Below, in pieces: positions 49,651-58,397 of a stretch of 64,000 nucleotides of DNA. The notes below the pieces were generated by a model. It was not told the origin of the DNA. It searched no databases and saw only the letters and a list, made by a program, of their open reading frames with translations. A program made the translations under genes and the position numbers. Each line of letters opens with the position of its first letter. Position 1 is the first letter of the stretch. Source of the DNA: Minisyncoccota bacterium. Lineage in GTDB: Bacteria; Patescibacteriota; Minisyncoccia; Phycocordibacterales; CAIJYI01. Where the stretch lies: the NCBI GenBank assembly GCA_023229825.1, contig JALNYN010000005.1:1933-65932 (forward strand), in the 5' to 3' direction.

Positions 49651-50052
49651 ATGGCAACGAAGAAGAAAGAAGAGCCGAAAGGCATTGCGCTTCCGTTGGT
49701 GGCGGGCGTGTTAGCGGGAATTGCAGGATCATACTTTTTGTATGGACAGGGTAAACCTTCTCCGGCAAACAAGAAAAAACTTAAGGGCTGGATCGTAAAA
49801 GCAAAGGGCGAAGTGTTGGAAAAAATTGAAAAATTAAAAGCGGTTGACGAGGAAACCTATCAGAAGGTCATCGATACGGTCGCCGAGAAGTATGCGAAGG
49901 TCAAAGACATCGACCCGAACGAAGTACAAGAGCTCGTAAAGGATATGAAAAAACATTGGAAGAGCTTGGTGAAAGAAATGCAACCGAAAGCAAAAGCGAA
50001 GAAAAAAGCCGCTCCAAAAAAGGTCGCAACACCGACTATCACCGCAGCTTAA
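49651..50052 (+). CDS. Hypothetical protein (TM + Lys-rich helical region)
   Basis: AGSYFLYG..KKLKGW..KAKGEVLEKIE. Confidence 0.75.
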   Translation: MATKKKEEPKGIALPLVAGVLAGIAGSYFLYGQGKPSPANKKKLKGWIVKAKGEVLEKIEKLKAVDEETYQKVIDTVAEKYAKVKDIDPNEVQELVKDMKKHWKSLVKEMQPKAKAKKKAAPKKVATPTITAA

Positions 50053-50165
50053 TCAAAAAAACCGCTTCATTGTTAAATTGAAGCGGTTTTTTCTATTCTC
50101 AATTCTCAATTCTCTATTTTCTATTTTCTATTTTCGTGTTTCGTCTTTTCTGTTATACTTTCTGT

Positions 50166-51203
50166 ATGTCTGAAACAGCTTTATATCGAAAATATCGTCC
50201 GCACGATTTCAAGGGAGTGCTTGGCCAGGATCACGTTGTCCGCGTACTGGAGGGCGCTATTAAAAGCGGAAATATCGCTCATGCCTATCTTTTCTGCGGA
50301 ACTCGCGGAACAGGTAAAACCTCCGTGGCGAGAATATTTGCGAATGCGATCGGTACGAGTTCGAGCGACCTCTATGAGATAGACGCTGCCAGCAATCGCG
50401 GGATCGATGATATCCGCGAACTCCGCGAAGCGGTTAAAACCTTTCCATTCGAGGGAAAATACAAAGTGTATATCATCGACGAAGTGCACATGCTGACCAA
50501 AGAAGCCGGCAATGCGCTTTTGAAAACTCTGGAAGAGCCGCCTGCTCACGTCATTTTCATTCTCGCCACGACGGATGCGCATAAGGTGCTTGATACGGTT
50601 CTCTCGCGCTGTCAGGTTTTCACGTTCAAAAAACCGCCTATAGAAACATTAAAAAATCTCGTCTTGGAGATTTCAAAAAAAGAAGAGAGGGTTGTGGATC
50701 ACGCTTCGGCAGAGCTCATCGCGCTTCTTGGCGACGGTTCGTTCCGCGACACACTCGTAACTTTGCAAAAAGTTTTGTATTCATCGGATGCCAAGAAAAT
50801 TTCAGCGGAAGAGGTTGAAAGGATCACCGGCGTTCCCAAGAGCGCGATCGTCAACGAATTTATTTCCGCCATTAACGATCAAAATGCTTCCGGCGCTTTT
50901 TCTGCGATCCGCCGGATCACTGACGAAAATATCGATATCGCGGTTTTTCTGAAATTGGTCCTTACCAAACTCCGCGCGGTCATGCTGCTTCGGCTCGCTC
51001 CCGATATGCGCACTGCTCTCTCAGACGATTTTACGGTCGAAGATTTCAAATTTTTGTCGGAACTGCCGATAAACAAAGAATTGAAACTGTCTCTCGCTCT
51101 TACTGTTTTTCTCGAAGCATCGGACGATATTGCGAAAGCTTTCATTCCGCAGCTGCCGGTCGAACTTGCTGTCGCAAAACTTTTTCAAGCAAAAGAACAT
51201 TAG
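50166..51203 (+). CDS. dnaX: DNA polymerase III subunit gamma/tau
   Basis: LYRKYRP, GTRGTGKT, EIDAASNRG, DEVHML, LKTLEEPP, SRC. Confidence 0.96.
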   Translation: MSETALYRKYRPHDFKGVLGQDHVVRVLEGAIKSGNIAHAYLFCGTRGTGKTSVARIFANAIGTSSSDLYEIDAASNRGIDDIRELREAVKTFPFEGKYKVYIIDEVHMLTKEAGNALLKTLEEPPAHVIFILATTDAHKVLDTVLSRCQVFTFKKPPIETLKNLVLEISKKEERVVDHASAELIALLGDGSFRDTLVTLQKVLYSSDAKKISAEEVERITGVPKSAIVNEFISAINDQNASGAFSAIRRITDENIDIAVFLKLVLTKLRAVMLLRLAPDMRTALSDDFTVEDFKFLSELPINKELKLSLALTVFLEASDDIAKAFIPQLPVELAVAKLFQAKEH

Positions 51204-51221
51204 ATATTTTTTTTCGCCCGT

Positions 51222-51299
51222 CGTCATCCCGGGCAGCGACCCGGGATCCACGGAGAGCGATGACACGACGTGGATTCCGGGTCGCGGCCCGGAATGACG
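51222..51299. repeat. Family A paired element (no nested insert)
   Basis: cgtcatcccgggcagcgacccgggatccacg...cgtggattccgggtcgcggcccggaatgacg. Confidence 0.88.
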
Positions 51300-51350
51300 C
51301 GGAATGGAGGCGATACCCTTGAAAGAACTCTATTAAATAAAAAAAATATT

Positions 51351-52007
51351 ATGAATCCACAATATACCGTTCTCAAGCGTTTTTATTTCGTTCGACACGG
51401 GCAGACCGTACATAATGTGAATAATGAATATCAAGACGGAAAAGACCCTTTGACGGAAAAAGGGATGGAGCAGGCGTCGCTTGTCGCCGAAAGATTCGTG
51501 TCGATACCCGCGGATCGCATTATCGCCAGCGATTACCAGCGTACTCAGCAAACCGCGCATGCGATCTCAGAAAAGACCGGCCTCGAGATCACTTCGTCGG
51601 AACTCTTTCGGGAATTACGAAGGCCAACAGATCTGGTCGGAAAAAAAAGATTTATTCCGGAATCAAAGCTGATAATGGACGAAATGATCGAACACGAACC
51701 GATCCCCGATTGGCATCATCTCGACGAAGAGAATTTATTTGAAGCGGTGGCTCGTGCGAGAAAAGCGCTTGATTATTTATGTTCGGTCAAAGAAGAAACG
51801 GTTATCGTGGTAACGCACGAATTGTTTATCAAGATCATGCTGTCCGCCATGGCGGTTGAAGATGATGCGAAAGCCGTCGAATTCTATCGGACCATGCGTT
51901 ATTTTATGGTGGGAGATAACACGGGCATCACGATCGCGGAATATGGAAATTTCATAAACGATATCCGTTTTCGATTGCGCATTTGGAACGATCACGCGCA
52001 TCTATAA
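51351..52007 (+). CDS. Histidine phosphatase (phosphoglycerate mutase) family protein
   Basis: FVRHGQT, ASDYQRTQQTA, RE, VVTH. Confidence 0.9.
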   Translation: MNPQYTVLKRFYFVRHGQTVHNVNNEYQDGKDPLTEKGMEQASLVAERFVSIPADRIIASDYQRTQQTAHAISEKTGLEITSSELFRELRRPTDLVGKKRFIPESKLIMDEMIEHEPIPDWHHLDEENLFEAVARARKALDYLCSVKEETVIVVTHELFIKIMLSAMAVEDDAKAVEFYRTMRYFMVGDNTGITIAEYGNFINDIRFRLRIWNDHAHL

Positions 52008-52044
52008 AAGTTCATAAACTTTATAAACTTGATAAACTTAATCT

Positions 52045-52443
52045 ATGGATGAACCAACAAACATTGTAATTCCTCAAAAAGTACCGGAAAAGCCGGTCAA
52101 AAAATTACCGGAGGGCAGCGGTTCTTTACCTACGAAAGCCAACCAGGACACTCTTGATAAGGTGTTCGACATGATGAAAAATCCGAAGCATTACAACATC
52201 AAAGTAAAGTCCGAAGATGATAACAAGAAATTGAGCTTTGTTACCGGCCTGAAGCTTATTGAAGGCACATTTCTTACTGAAACGGCGGTAATGACCATGA
52301 GAGTATCGGGAGTGAATATTTCTTTAAACGTCGGAGGTGCTCTTGCCGACACGTGGAGTATCGAAGGCGTAAAAACATACGTTGAGAAAGGGTATGATAC
52401 GGCTTACGATTTTGCCGATTGGCTGTGGAAGAACAAGAAATAA
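52045..52443 (+). CDS. Hypothetical protein
   Basis: 132-aa ORF co-oriented with neighbours. Confidence 0.6.
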   Translation: MDEPTNIVIPQKVPEKPVKKLPEGSGSLPTKANQDTLDKVFDMMKNPKHYNIKVKSEDDNKKLSFVTGLKLIEGTFLTETAVMTMRVSGVNISLNVGGALADTWSIEGVKTYVEKGYDTAYDFADWLWKNKK

Positions 52444-52487
52444 AACGGTTGGACGCGTCCAAATAATGCCGTAATCGTTGTTTTACT

Positions 52488-52519
52488 GTCATCCCGGGCC
52501 GAGACCCGGGATCCACGTC
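52488..52519. repeat. Family A single unit
   Basis: gtcatcccgggccgagacccgggatccacgtc. Confidence 0.8.
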
Positions 52520-52607
52520 GGTAGTTCGTCCGATGCGGATGATGACGGTTACCAATCGTTCGTATTCGTTGCCATTAGTATATTGGTACCCATTCGTATA
52601 TTAGTAT

Positions 52608-53621
52608 CTAGAGCGAGGAATGTTTTTTATCGACTTTTCCTGACTCGAGTATCTTTTCGGTCATGCCGATCGATTGCGATGCGAACGTTCCAAGCGAAGC
52701 ATATTTTCTCATATCTTCTTCGGAGTGAGCGTCAGGTCCGCCGCTCGCTATGCCATCGTAAATTTTAAGAAGTTTTCGCAGTTCGATCTTGTCAGCTTCG
52801 ATCTCGGACTCGTTCTTTTGACCGATCTGCCAAAGTCCGTAAACGGTTTCCATTCCGTCGATCCTCTTTTCTTTCAGCAGCTTTTCGATAAAGAAATAAT
52901 CCATTTTTTTCTTCACGGTGAAATAGTGCGCGATAACGGCGACCCCGCCGGCATCTCGAATAAGTTTTGCCGATTCGTCGAGATCCGGCGCGTATGTGAC
53001 TTCTTCATAGCCTTTCAGGTAGGCATCCGGCGAAAGAAAAAGGGAATAGGGAATTTGGTGTTCTCCTGCGCCCATCATTTTTTCATATTTTTCTCGAACT
53101 TCACTATCGGTTTCCGCTTCCTTTTTCATTTTTTCGATCAAGAGCTTGGTAACATTTTCGTTCTCGGGATGTAATTTCAGCGCTTCGACGATATGAGGCC
53201 TGCCGATAGCTTCGCCTCCGGACGCGATAAGACATTCGCTCTCCGAAATACTGAACCCGAGGAGCTTGAGATTAAAAACTATTTTTTCCATTCTCTCCAC
53301 CCGCGCAGCCTGCGCTTTTGTACAGTGCTCCATGAGTGCCGGGTTTTTCGGGTCGACAAATAGTCCGATGACATGCAGACCGCCTTTACCGAGACCCGAG
53401 ATCTCTTTCGGGGGCGCTGCGCTGATCTCGATCCCGGAGATCCATTTTGTGCGAGAAGATTTTACCGTGGTGAGATAGGAGATCGCATCGTCATTAAGGA
53501 TCGCATCATGGTCGGTAAAAGCGACAACAGAAACGTTGAGCGATTCCGCCAGCAAAAACATCTGCTTGTGAGATAGCTTGCCATCGGAAAGGGTCGTGTG
53601 AGTATGAAGTGATTCGAACAT
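52608..53621 (-). CDS. PHP domain protein (TrpH/YciV-like)
   Basis: LHTHTTLSDG, FTDHD, GIEIS, HVIGL, GRPHI, IAH, GGPDAH. Confidence 0.9.
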   Translation of the reverse strand: MFESLHTHTTLSDGKLSHKQMFLLAESLNVSVVAFTDHDAILNDDAISYLTTVKSSRTKWISGIEISAAPPKEISGLGKGGLHVIGLFVDPKNPALMEHCTKAQAARVERMEKIVFNLKLLGFSISESECLIASGGEAIGRPHIVEALKLHPENENVTKLLIEKMKKEAETDSEVREKYEKMMGAGEHQIPYSLFLSPDAYLKGYEEVTYAPDLDESAKLIRDAGGVAVIAHYFTVKKKMDYFFIEKLLKEKRIDGMETVYGLWQIGQKNESEIEADKIELRKLLKIYDGIASGGPDAHSEEDMRKYASLGTFASQSIGMTEKILESGKVDKKHSSL

Positions 53622-53687
53622 AATAATAGAAAATAGAAAATAGAAAATTGAAAATAGATTAAAGATTATTTATTTTTAACTTTTATT

Positions 53688-53761
53688 CGTCATTCCCTTG
53701 AAAAAGGGAATCCAGAATTCATATCAATAAACTCTGGATTCCCGCCTTCGCGGGAATGACG
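53688..53761. repeat. Family A variant (ATTCCC-N8-GGGAAT, dRS3-like) flanked by inverted AATAGAA arrays (53625-53658 and about 53834-53862)
   Basis: cgtcattcccttgaaaaagggaatccag...ctggattcccgccttcgcgggaatgacg. Confidence 0.85.
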
Positions 53762-53876
53762 GGCAAAGAAGTTGTTTTTGTTTTTAATGTCTTAGAAGGA
53801 TATTTTTTATTTAGCGGATTTTTTTTATTTAATCAATTTTCTATTCTCAATTATCTATTCTCTTCGTCTTCGCTAG

Positions 53877-53948
53877 TCCCCCCGGCAAGAATCGAACTTG
53901 CATTTTAAGTTCCGGAAACTTATGTCCTATCCATTGAACGACGGAGGG
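53877..53948 (-). tRNA. tRNA-Arg(CCG)
   Basis: Cloverleaf CCCTCCG/CGGGGGG, anticodon arm TAAGT-TTCCGGA-ACTTA, TTCGATT T-loop; no encoded CCA. Confidence 0.93.
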
Positions 53949-53955
53949 ATTTTAG

Positions 53956-54031
53956 AGTATCAGGGGGCAGTATCAGTATCAGGAAATGACGCCATCCGTC
54001 GCCCCTGATACCGATACCCATCCCTGATACT
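53956..54031. repeat. Inverted CTGATAC-unit repeat; single arms at 11414-11443 and 49183-49212
   Basis: agtatcagggggcagtatcagtatcagg faces ccctgataccgatacccatccctgatact. Confidence 0.7.
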
Positions 54032-54238
54032 TATACATGGTATCCTTTACAATACCGAAAGTAAATAGCGTAAAATGCGGTTATCACACATTTGTTTGAC
54101 TTTAATCCGCGGTTTCGTCTATAATGTTTTGTATAGTGTTTTCGGCGATAAAGAGGGTAGTTTCTACGGCGTTGTGCTCGTGAATAAGCCATCTTGCCCT
54201 ACACGTTAAAAGGTCGAGAATTAAATAAAATATTTAAA

Positions 54239-54586
54239 ATGGCGTACGATAACAACGGAGGCGGCTTCACACCACGACCCATGTTCCAGGGTAACTGGTC
54301 ATGCTCGGGTTGCGGAGGCGCAATACATGAACTTCCTTTCCAGCCGGATCAGGAGAGACTCGGACAGCTTCTCTGCCGCGATTGCCACAGAGCAAAGCGA
54401 GGAGATAGGGACACCCGAGGAGGAGGAAATCGCGACAATAGAGGTCCTCGCACCATGCACCAGGGCAATTGGTCCTGCTCAGGATGCGGAACCGCTATCA
54501 ACGAACTTCCTTTCGAACCGGATGAGTCCAGACTCGGGCAGCTTCTCTGCCGAGATTGCCACAGGGCAAAAAGAGGGAATATGTAA
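54239..54586 (+). CDS. Tandem CxxC-x17-CxxC zinc-ribbon domain protein
   Basis: Two near-identical units QGNWSCSGCG..I.ELPF.PD..RLGQLLCRDCHRAKRG. Confidence 0.9.
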   Translation: MAYDNNGGGFTPRPMFQGNWSCSGCGGAIHELPFQPDQERLGQLLCRDCHRAKRGDRDTRGGGNRDNRGPRTMHQGNWSCSGCGTAINELPFEPDESRLGQLLCRDCHRAKRGNM

Positions 54587-54732
54587 AACAAAGAAAAACG
54601 ATCCCGCAAGGGGTCGTTTTTTTGTATTGACATTTGACAGATTAAATGCTTATAATGCACTTGGAATGCAAACTAAGGAACGATCTATTTCCGAAATATG
54701 CATCGTTTTTACCTTGAAGGAGGTATTGAAAA

Positions 54733-55374
54733 ATGACCGAAGAAACAAAAGTTGAAGCCGTCAAATCTTCAGAACAACCAGCCACACCGGAAAAAGAAGC
54801 GGTAAGCTCAGCACCGCCAAAAACCGCGCCCAAAACCAATCAGGCGAAGAAAAAAAGAGCATGGCCGGTCCTCTCAATATTGGGATTAATTTTTGCGTTT
54901 CTGATCTTCGGGGCTTTGATGCTCGTTATACATCCCGAGATCGAAGATGCCATCATGAGCAAAAAATTGACCGAGGAGAATTTTAGCGCCGCGCTCGTTA
55001 AGCAAGCGCCCGGATTGGCAGATGAATATCCTGTTTCCGTAGTGGTTAAATATAAAACCGCTCTGGGAGTATTGGAATCACGGGAACCCATCGTGTTCGA
55101 ATATGGTGTGGCCGCAGATGGAACCAAATGCGTTCAATATTATTATTCCACAGATGTAAAGAATGCTCCGACGAAACAGGCTTGCGTCGCTCCAAAAAAA
55201 GTGCACGAGCCCGGTTGGACAGAAAAAACATGGAATACCGTTGCTTCATGGGAAGGTTGGCAACAGGCCAACGACGCTTGGAATAAAGCAGAACATCAGG
55301 CTTCCGACCTCTGGTCAAAAACGGCGAATTATGCCGCCGACCTTTGGTCTAAAGTACTTGATCTCGTTCACTAA
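54733..55374 (+). CDS. Hypothetical single-TM protein
   Basis: AAGGAGGT SD, TTGACA..TATAAT upstream, terminator at about 55397-55425; Trp-periodic C-terminus. Confidence 0.7.
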   Translation: MTEETKVEAVKSSEQPATPEKEAVSSAPPKTAPKTNQAKKKRAWPVLSILGLIFAFLIFGALMLVIHPEIEDAIMSKKLTEENFSAALVKQAPGLADEYPVSVVVKYKTALGVLESREPIVFEYGVAADGTKCVQYYYSTDVKNAPTKQACVAPKKVHEPGWTEKTWNTVASWEGWQQANDAWNKAEHQASDLWSKTANYAADLWSKVLDLVH

Positions 55375-55456
55375 TAAGTCAGATCGATATCCTCATGCCC
55401 CGCCCAAAAGCGGGGTATTTTTTTTCTGTAAAACACGCATTCACAAAAAAACTCGT

Positions 55457-55567
55457 CGTCATTCCGGACAGCGATCCGGAATCCACGTCAGTGGAACTAT
55501 TAACGTGGATCCCGGATCCATCCTTCGCCAAAGGCTACGGCATGGCGCAGCGCGGTCCGGGATGACG
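55457..55567. repeat. Family A paired element with nested CTTCGCCAAAGGCTACGG unit
   Basis: Same expanded right loop as 33226 and 58042 copies. Confidence 0.85.
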
Positions 55568-55674
55568 AAATAAAGCCTTAGTACGGCGGTCGTTTTTTCG
55601 AGTTGACAAAATATAAAAAATAGTGCAAAACTATACATAGTACCTTGACACTATTGAAATAACAGGAGATAGAA

Positions 55675-58146
55675 ATGACAGAAACAGGATTGAGAAAAAA
55701 ACGGCTCAAAATTAAGATACAGGGCACCGTACAAGGCGTCGGATTCCGACCTTTTGTGTTGCGGCTTGCTGAGAAACTGGGTGTTTTAGGCTGGGTTATT
55801 AACGGCGTTCGAGGCGTTGAGATCGCTGCAGAGGCGGATGTGATAGACCTTCTTGAATTTGCCCGGTGCGTTGTAGATCATGCTCCCGAAGTGGCGGCGA
55901 TCGATTTCGTGGAATATTCGTATCTCGACGATACGGAAAAATATGAAAAATTCGAAATTCGCGAAAGCGACAATTTTGGAGAAAAAACAGCCTTGGTGCT
56001 TCCCGACTTGGCAACATGTCCGGAGTGCCAAAGCGAAATATTCGACAGAAAAAATCGGCGCTTTCGGTATCCGTTCACGAACTGCACCAACTGCGGTCCG
56101 CGACATTCAATTATCGAACGGGTCCCGTATGATCGCCCGAATACATCGATGAAAGTTTTTCCGATGTGTCCGGAATGCGAGAAAGAATACAACGATCCTG
56201 CGAATCGCAGGTTCTATGCACAGCCGAACGCATGCCCAGTTTGCGGTCCGCATTTGGTACTGCTGGATCAAAATGGAAAAGATCTCGCAACTCGAGATAG
56301 TGCGCTTCGTATGGCAGAAGAATATATTGATTACGGAAAAGTCGTCGCCTTAAAAGGGCTTGGCGGTTTTCAATTGATAGTCGATGCCATTAATCCGATC
56401 GCGATCAAAAAGTTGCGCGAGAGAAAGGGACGGCCAGGACAAAAACCGTTTGCGGTTATGTATCCGAACATTGAACTGGTAAAAGCGCATTGCGAAGTTT
56501 CGATGGAAGAAGAAAAACTTCTTTTGTCCCGACAATCGCCGATCGTGCTTTTAAAGAGGAAGGACCGTCCTTCCGAAGTTGAGAAAGTTCCACATAAAGA
56601 TATCGCTCCCGATAGCAACGTTCTCGGCGTGATGCTTCCATACACTCCGCTTCATCATCTATTGATGGCGGATCTCGGTTTTCCGATCGTTGCCACGAGC
56701 GGCAACTTGTCGGACGAGCCTATCATTACGGATGAGGATGAGGCGGTCGTATTGCTTGGACATATTGCGGACGCTTTTCTCGTTCATAATCGCGGTATCG
56801 TTCGTCACGTTGACGATTCGATCGCGAGAGTGATAAACGGGAAGACTGTCATCTTGAGAAGGGCGCGGGGATACGCTCCGATGCCTATAAAAGTCGAAAG
56901 TCGAAAGTCCCTGCTTCGCCAAGGCTATGCAGGGCAAGCACCAGTCGAAAGTACGCCGACGATCGTGGCTTTTGGTCCAGATCTGAAAAATGTGGGGGCG
57001 GTTCTCACCGATGGCAAAGTCTATTTGACACAGCACATCGGCGATATGGGAACCACAGCTTCCGGGGACGCACTTTTGAGATCGATCAACGACACGCTCG
57101 CTTTTCGGGAGAAAAAACCGGAGGCGGTTGTCTGCGATCTGCATCCCGATTACGCATCGACAAGAATGGCGGAAGCGTTTGCCGAGGAACATCACATTCC
57201 TCTCTATCGCGTCCAGCATCACAAAGCGCATATTTTATCCGCAATGACTGAAAATGACATTGTAGGAAAAACAGCGCTCGGTGTGGCTTGGGACGGTACG
57301 GGATACGGCGAAGACGGCACGATCTGGGGCGGAGAATTTTTCCGCGTCAGCGAAACCGGCCTCACGCGCTACGCGCATTTGCGCACTTTCGGTTTGATCG
57401 GCGGCGACAAAGCCGCACGTGAGCCGAGATACTCCGCAGCCGCGATCCTTTATGAGATCTACGGAAAAGAAATTTTCGATTCCGACAGATTCGCATCGGT
57501 GAAAGCGCTGATTGGCGTTGAAAGGAAACTCTTTCCTCAAATGCTGAAAAACAAAATGAACGTCGTTATGACATCCAGTGCCGGAAGATTGTTCGATGCC
57601 GTCGCTTCGATCCTAGATATTTGCCACTCGTCCGATTATGAAGGGCATGCGGCGATACTTTTGGAACAGGCGATCGGCGATGAAACGACCAATGAAAATT
57701 ATGAGATATCCGTCGTAAAAGATGGGGATGAATATATATTTAATTGGGAACCGATGATCCGCGACATCGTATATGAATACGAGTTGGGAATTCGTCCGGG
57801 CGTTATTGCGAAAAAAATTCACAATACGCTCGCGAGGGTGATCGCTCGAATTTTTCTCGTTTCAGGAGAAGGACGGCTTGTTCTTTCCGGCGGATGTTTT
57901 CAAAATAAATATCTGTTGGAAACAACGATAAAAAAACTTGAGGGATATTCGGACGACGGCAGAATATTCACTCAAGGCAAGGTGCCGATGAATGACGGAG
58001 GCATTGCTCTCGGTCAGATCACGGCGGTGTTAGATTCCGTCCGTCATTCCGGACTTGATCCGGAATCCACGTCGGAAACGTTAAATATAGATTCCGGGTC
58101 CATCCTCCGCCAAGGCTACGGCATGGCGCGGCGTTGCCCGGAATGA
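55675..58146 (+). CDS. hypF: Carbamoyltransferase HypF
   Basis: GTVQGVGFRPF acylphosphatase, CPEC/CTNC zinc fingers, KGLGGF, ATSGN, HHKAH, DGTGYG, SSAGRLFD, NDGGIALGQ. Confidence 0.96.
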   Translation: MTETGLRKKRLKIKIQGTVQGVGFRPFVLRLAEKLGVLGWVINGVRGVEIAAEADVIDLLEFARCVVDHAPEVAAIDFVEYSYLDDTEKYEKFEIRESDNFGEKTALVLPDLATCPECQSEIFDRKNRRFRYPFTNCTNCGPRHSIIERVPYDRPNTSMKVFPMCPECEKEYNDPANRRFYAQPNACPVCGPHLVLLDQNGKDLATRDSALRMAEEYIDYGKVVALKGLGGFQLIVDAINPIAIKKLRERKGRPGQKPFAVMYPNIELVKAHCEVSMEEEKLLLSRQSPIVLLKRKDRPSEVEKVPHKDIAPDSNVLGVMLPYTPLHHLLMADLGFPIVATSGNLSDEPIITDEDEAVVLLGHIADAFLVHNRGIVRHVDDSIARVINGKTVILRRARGYAPMPIKVESRKSLLRQGYAGQAPVESTPTIVAFGPDLKNVGAVLTDGKVYLTQHIGDMGTTASGDALLRSINDTLAFREKKPEAVVCDLHPDYASTRMAEAFAEEHHIPLYRVQHHKAHILSAMTENDIVGKTALGVAWDGTGYGEDGTIWGGEFFRVSETGLTRYAHLRTFGLIGGDKAAREPRYSAAAILYEIYGKEIFDSDRFASVKALIGVERKLFPQMLKNKMNVVMTSSAGRLFDAVASILDICHSSDYEGHAAILLEQAIGDETTNENYEISVVKDGDEYIFNWEPMIRDIVYEYELGIRPGVIAKKIHNTLARVIARIFLVSGEGRLVLSGGCFQNKYLLETTIKKLEGYSDDGRIFTQGKVPMNDGGIALGQITAVLDSVRHSGLDPESTSETLNIDSGSILRQGYGMARRCPE
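56892..56952. repeat. In-frame repeat insertion in hypF (CCCTGCTTCGCCAAGGCTATGCAGGG flanked by AGTCGAAAGT direct repeats)
   Basis: Encodes VESRKSLLRQGYAGQAPVES; core matches the nested unit of family A and a hairpin in rnpB. Confidence 0.75.
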
Positions 58147-58147
58147 C
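58042..58147. repeat. Family A nested element forming the last about 34 codons and the stop of hypF
   Basis: cgtcattccggacttgatccggaatccacgtc...gcccggaaTGAc. Confidence 0.88.
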
Positions 58148-58167
58148 AAAGTAAAGGAGGTGATGAT

Positions 58168-58395
58168 ATGTGTTTATCTATACCGGGAAAAATCGTTGCT
58201 ATTGAAGGCAATGAACCTTTCCGCACAGCCAAAGTGAATTTTGGAGGGGCGATAAAAGGCGACATTTCGCTTTTGTTTTGCCCCGGTGCGAAAGTCGACG
58301 ATTATTGCCTGACTCATGCGGGCAATGCGCTTGAAATAATCGATGAAGCGCTTGCGCTTGAAACGATCACATTGCTGCAAAGCGTCAGGAGATAA
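58168..58395 (+). CDS. hypC: Hydrogenase maturation chaperone HypC
   Basis: MCLSIPGK N-terminus, HAG.A; AAGGAGGT SD. Confidence 0.93.
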   Translation: MCLSIPGKIVAIEGNEPFRTAKVNFGGAIKGDISLLFCPGAKVDDYCLTHAGNALEIIDEALALETITLLQSVRR

Positions 58396-58397
58396 CG

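Noticed and set aside
51270-51350. N-terminal extension MDSGSRPGMT on the histidine phosphatase (and ORFs containing VDPGS.PGMT)
   Set aside because: This is translation of the family A repeat; the real start is more plausibly ATG 51351.
54239-54586. Internal DNA duplication as DGR TR/VR pair
   Set aside because: Both copies are coding in one ORF, and the differences are mostly synonymous and not adenine-specific.
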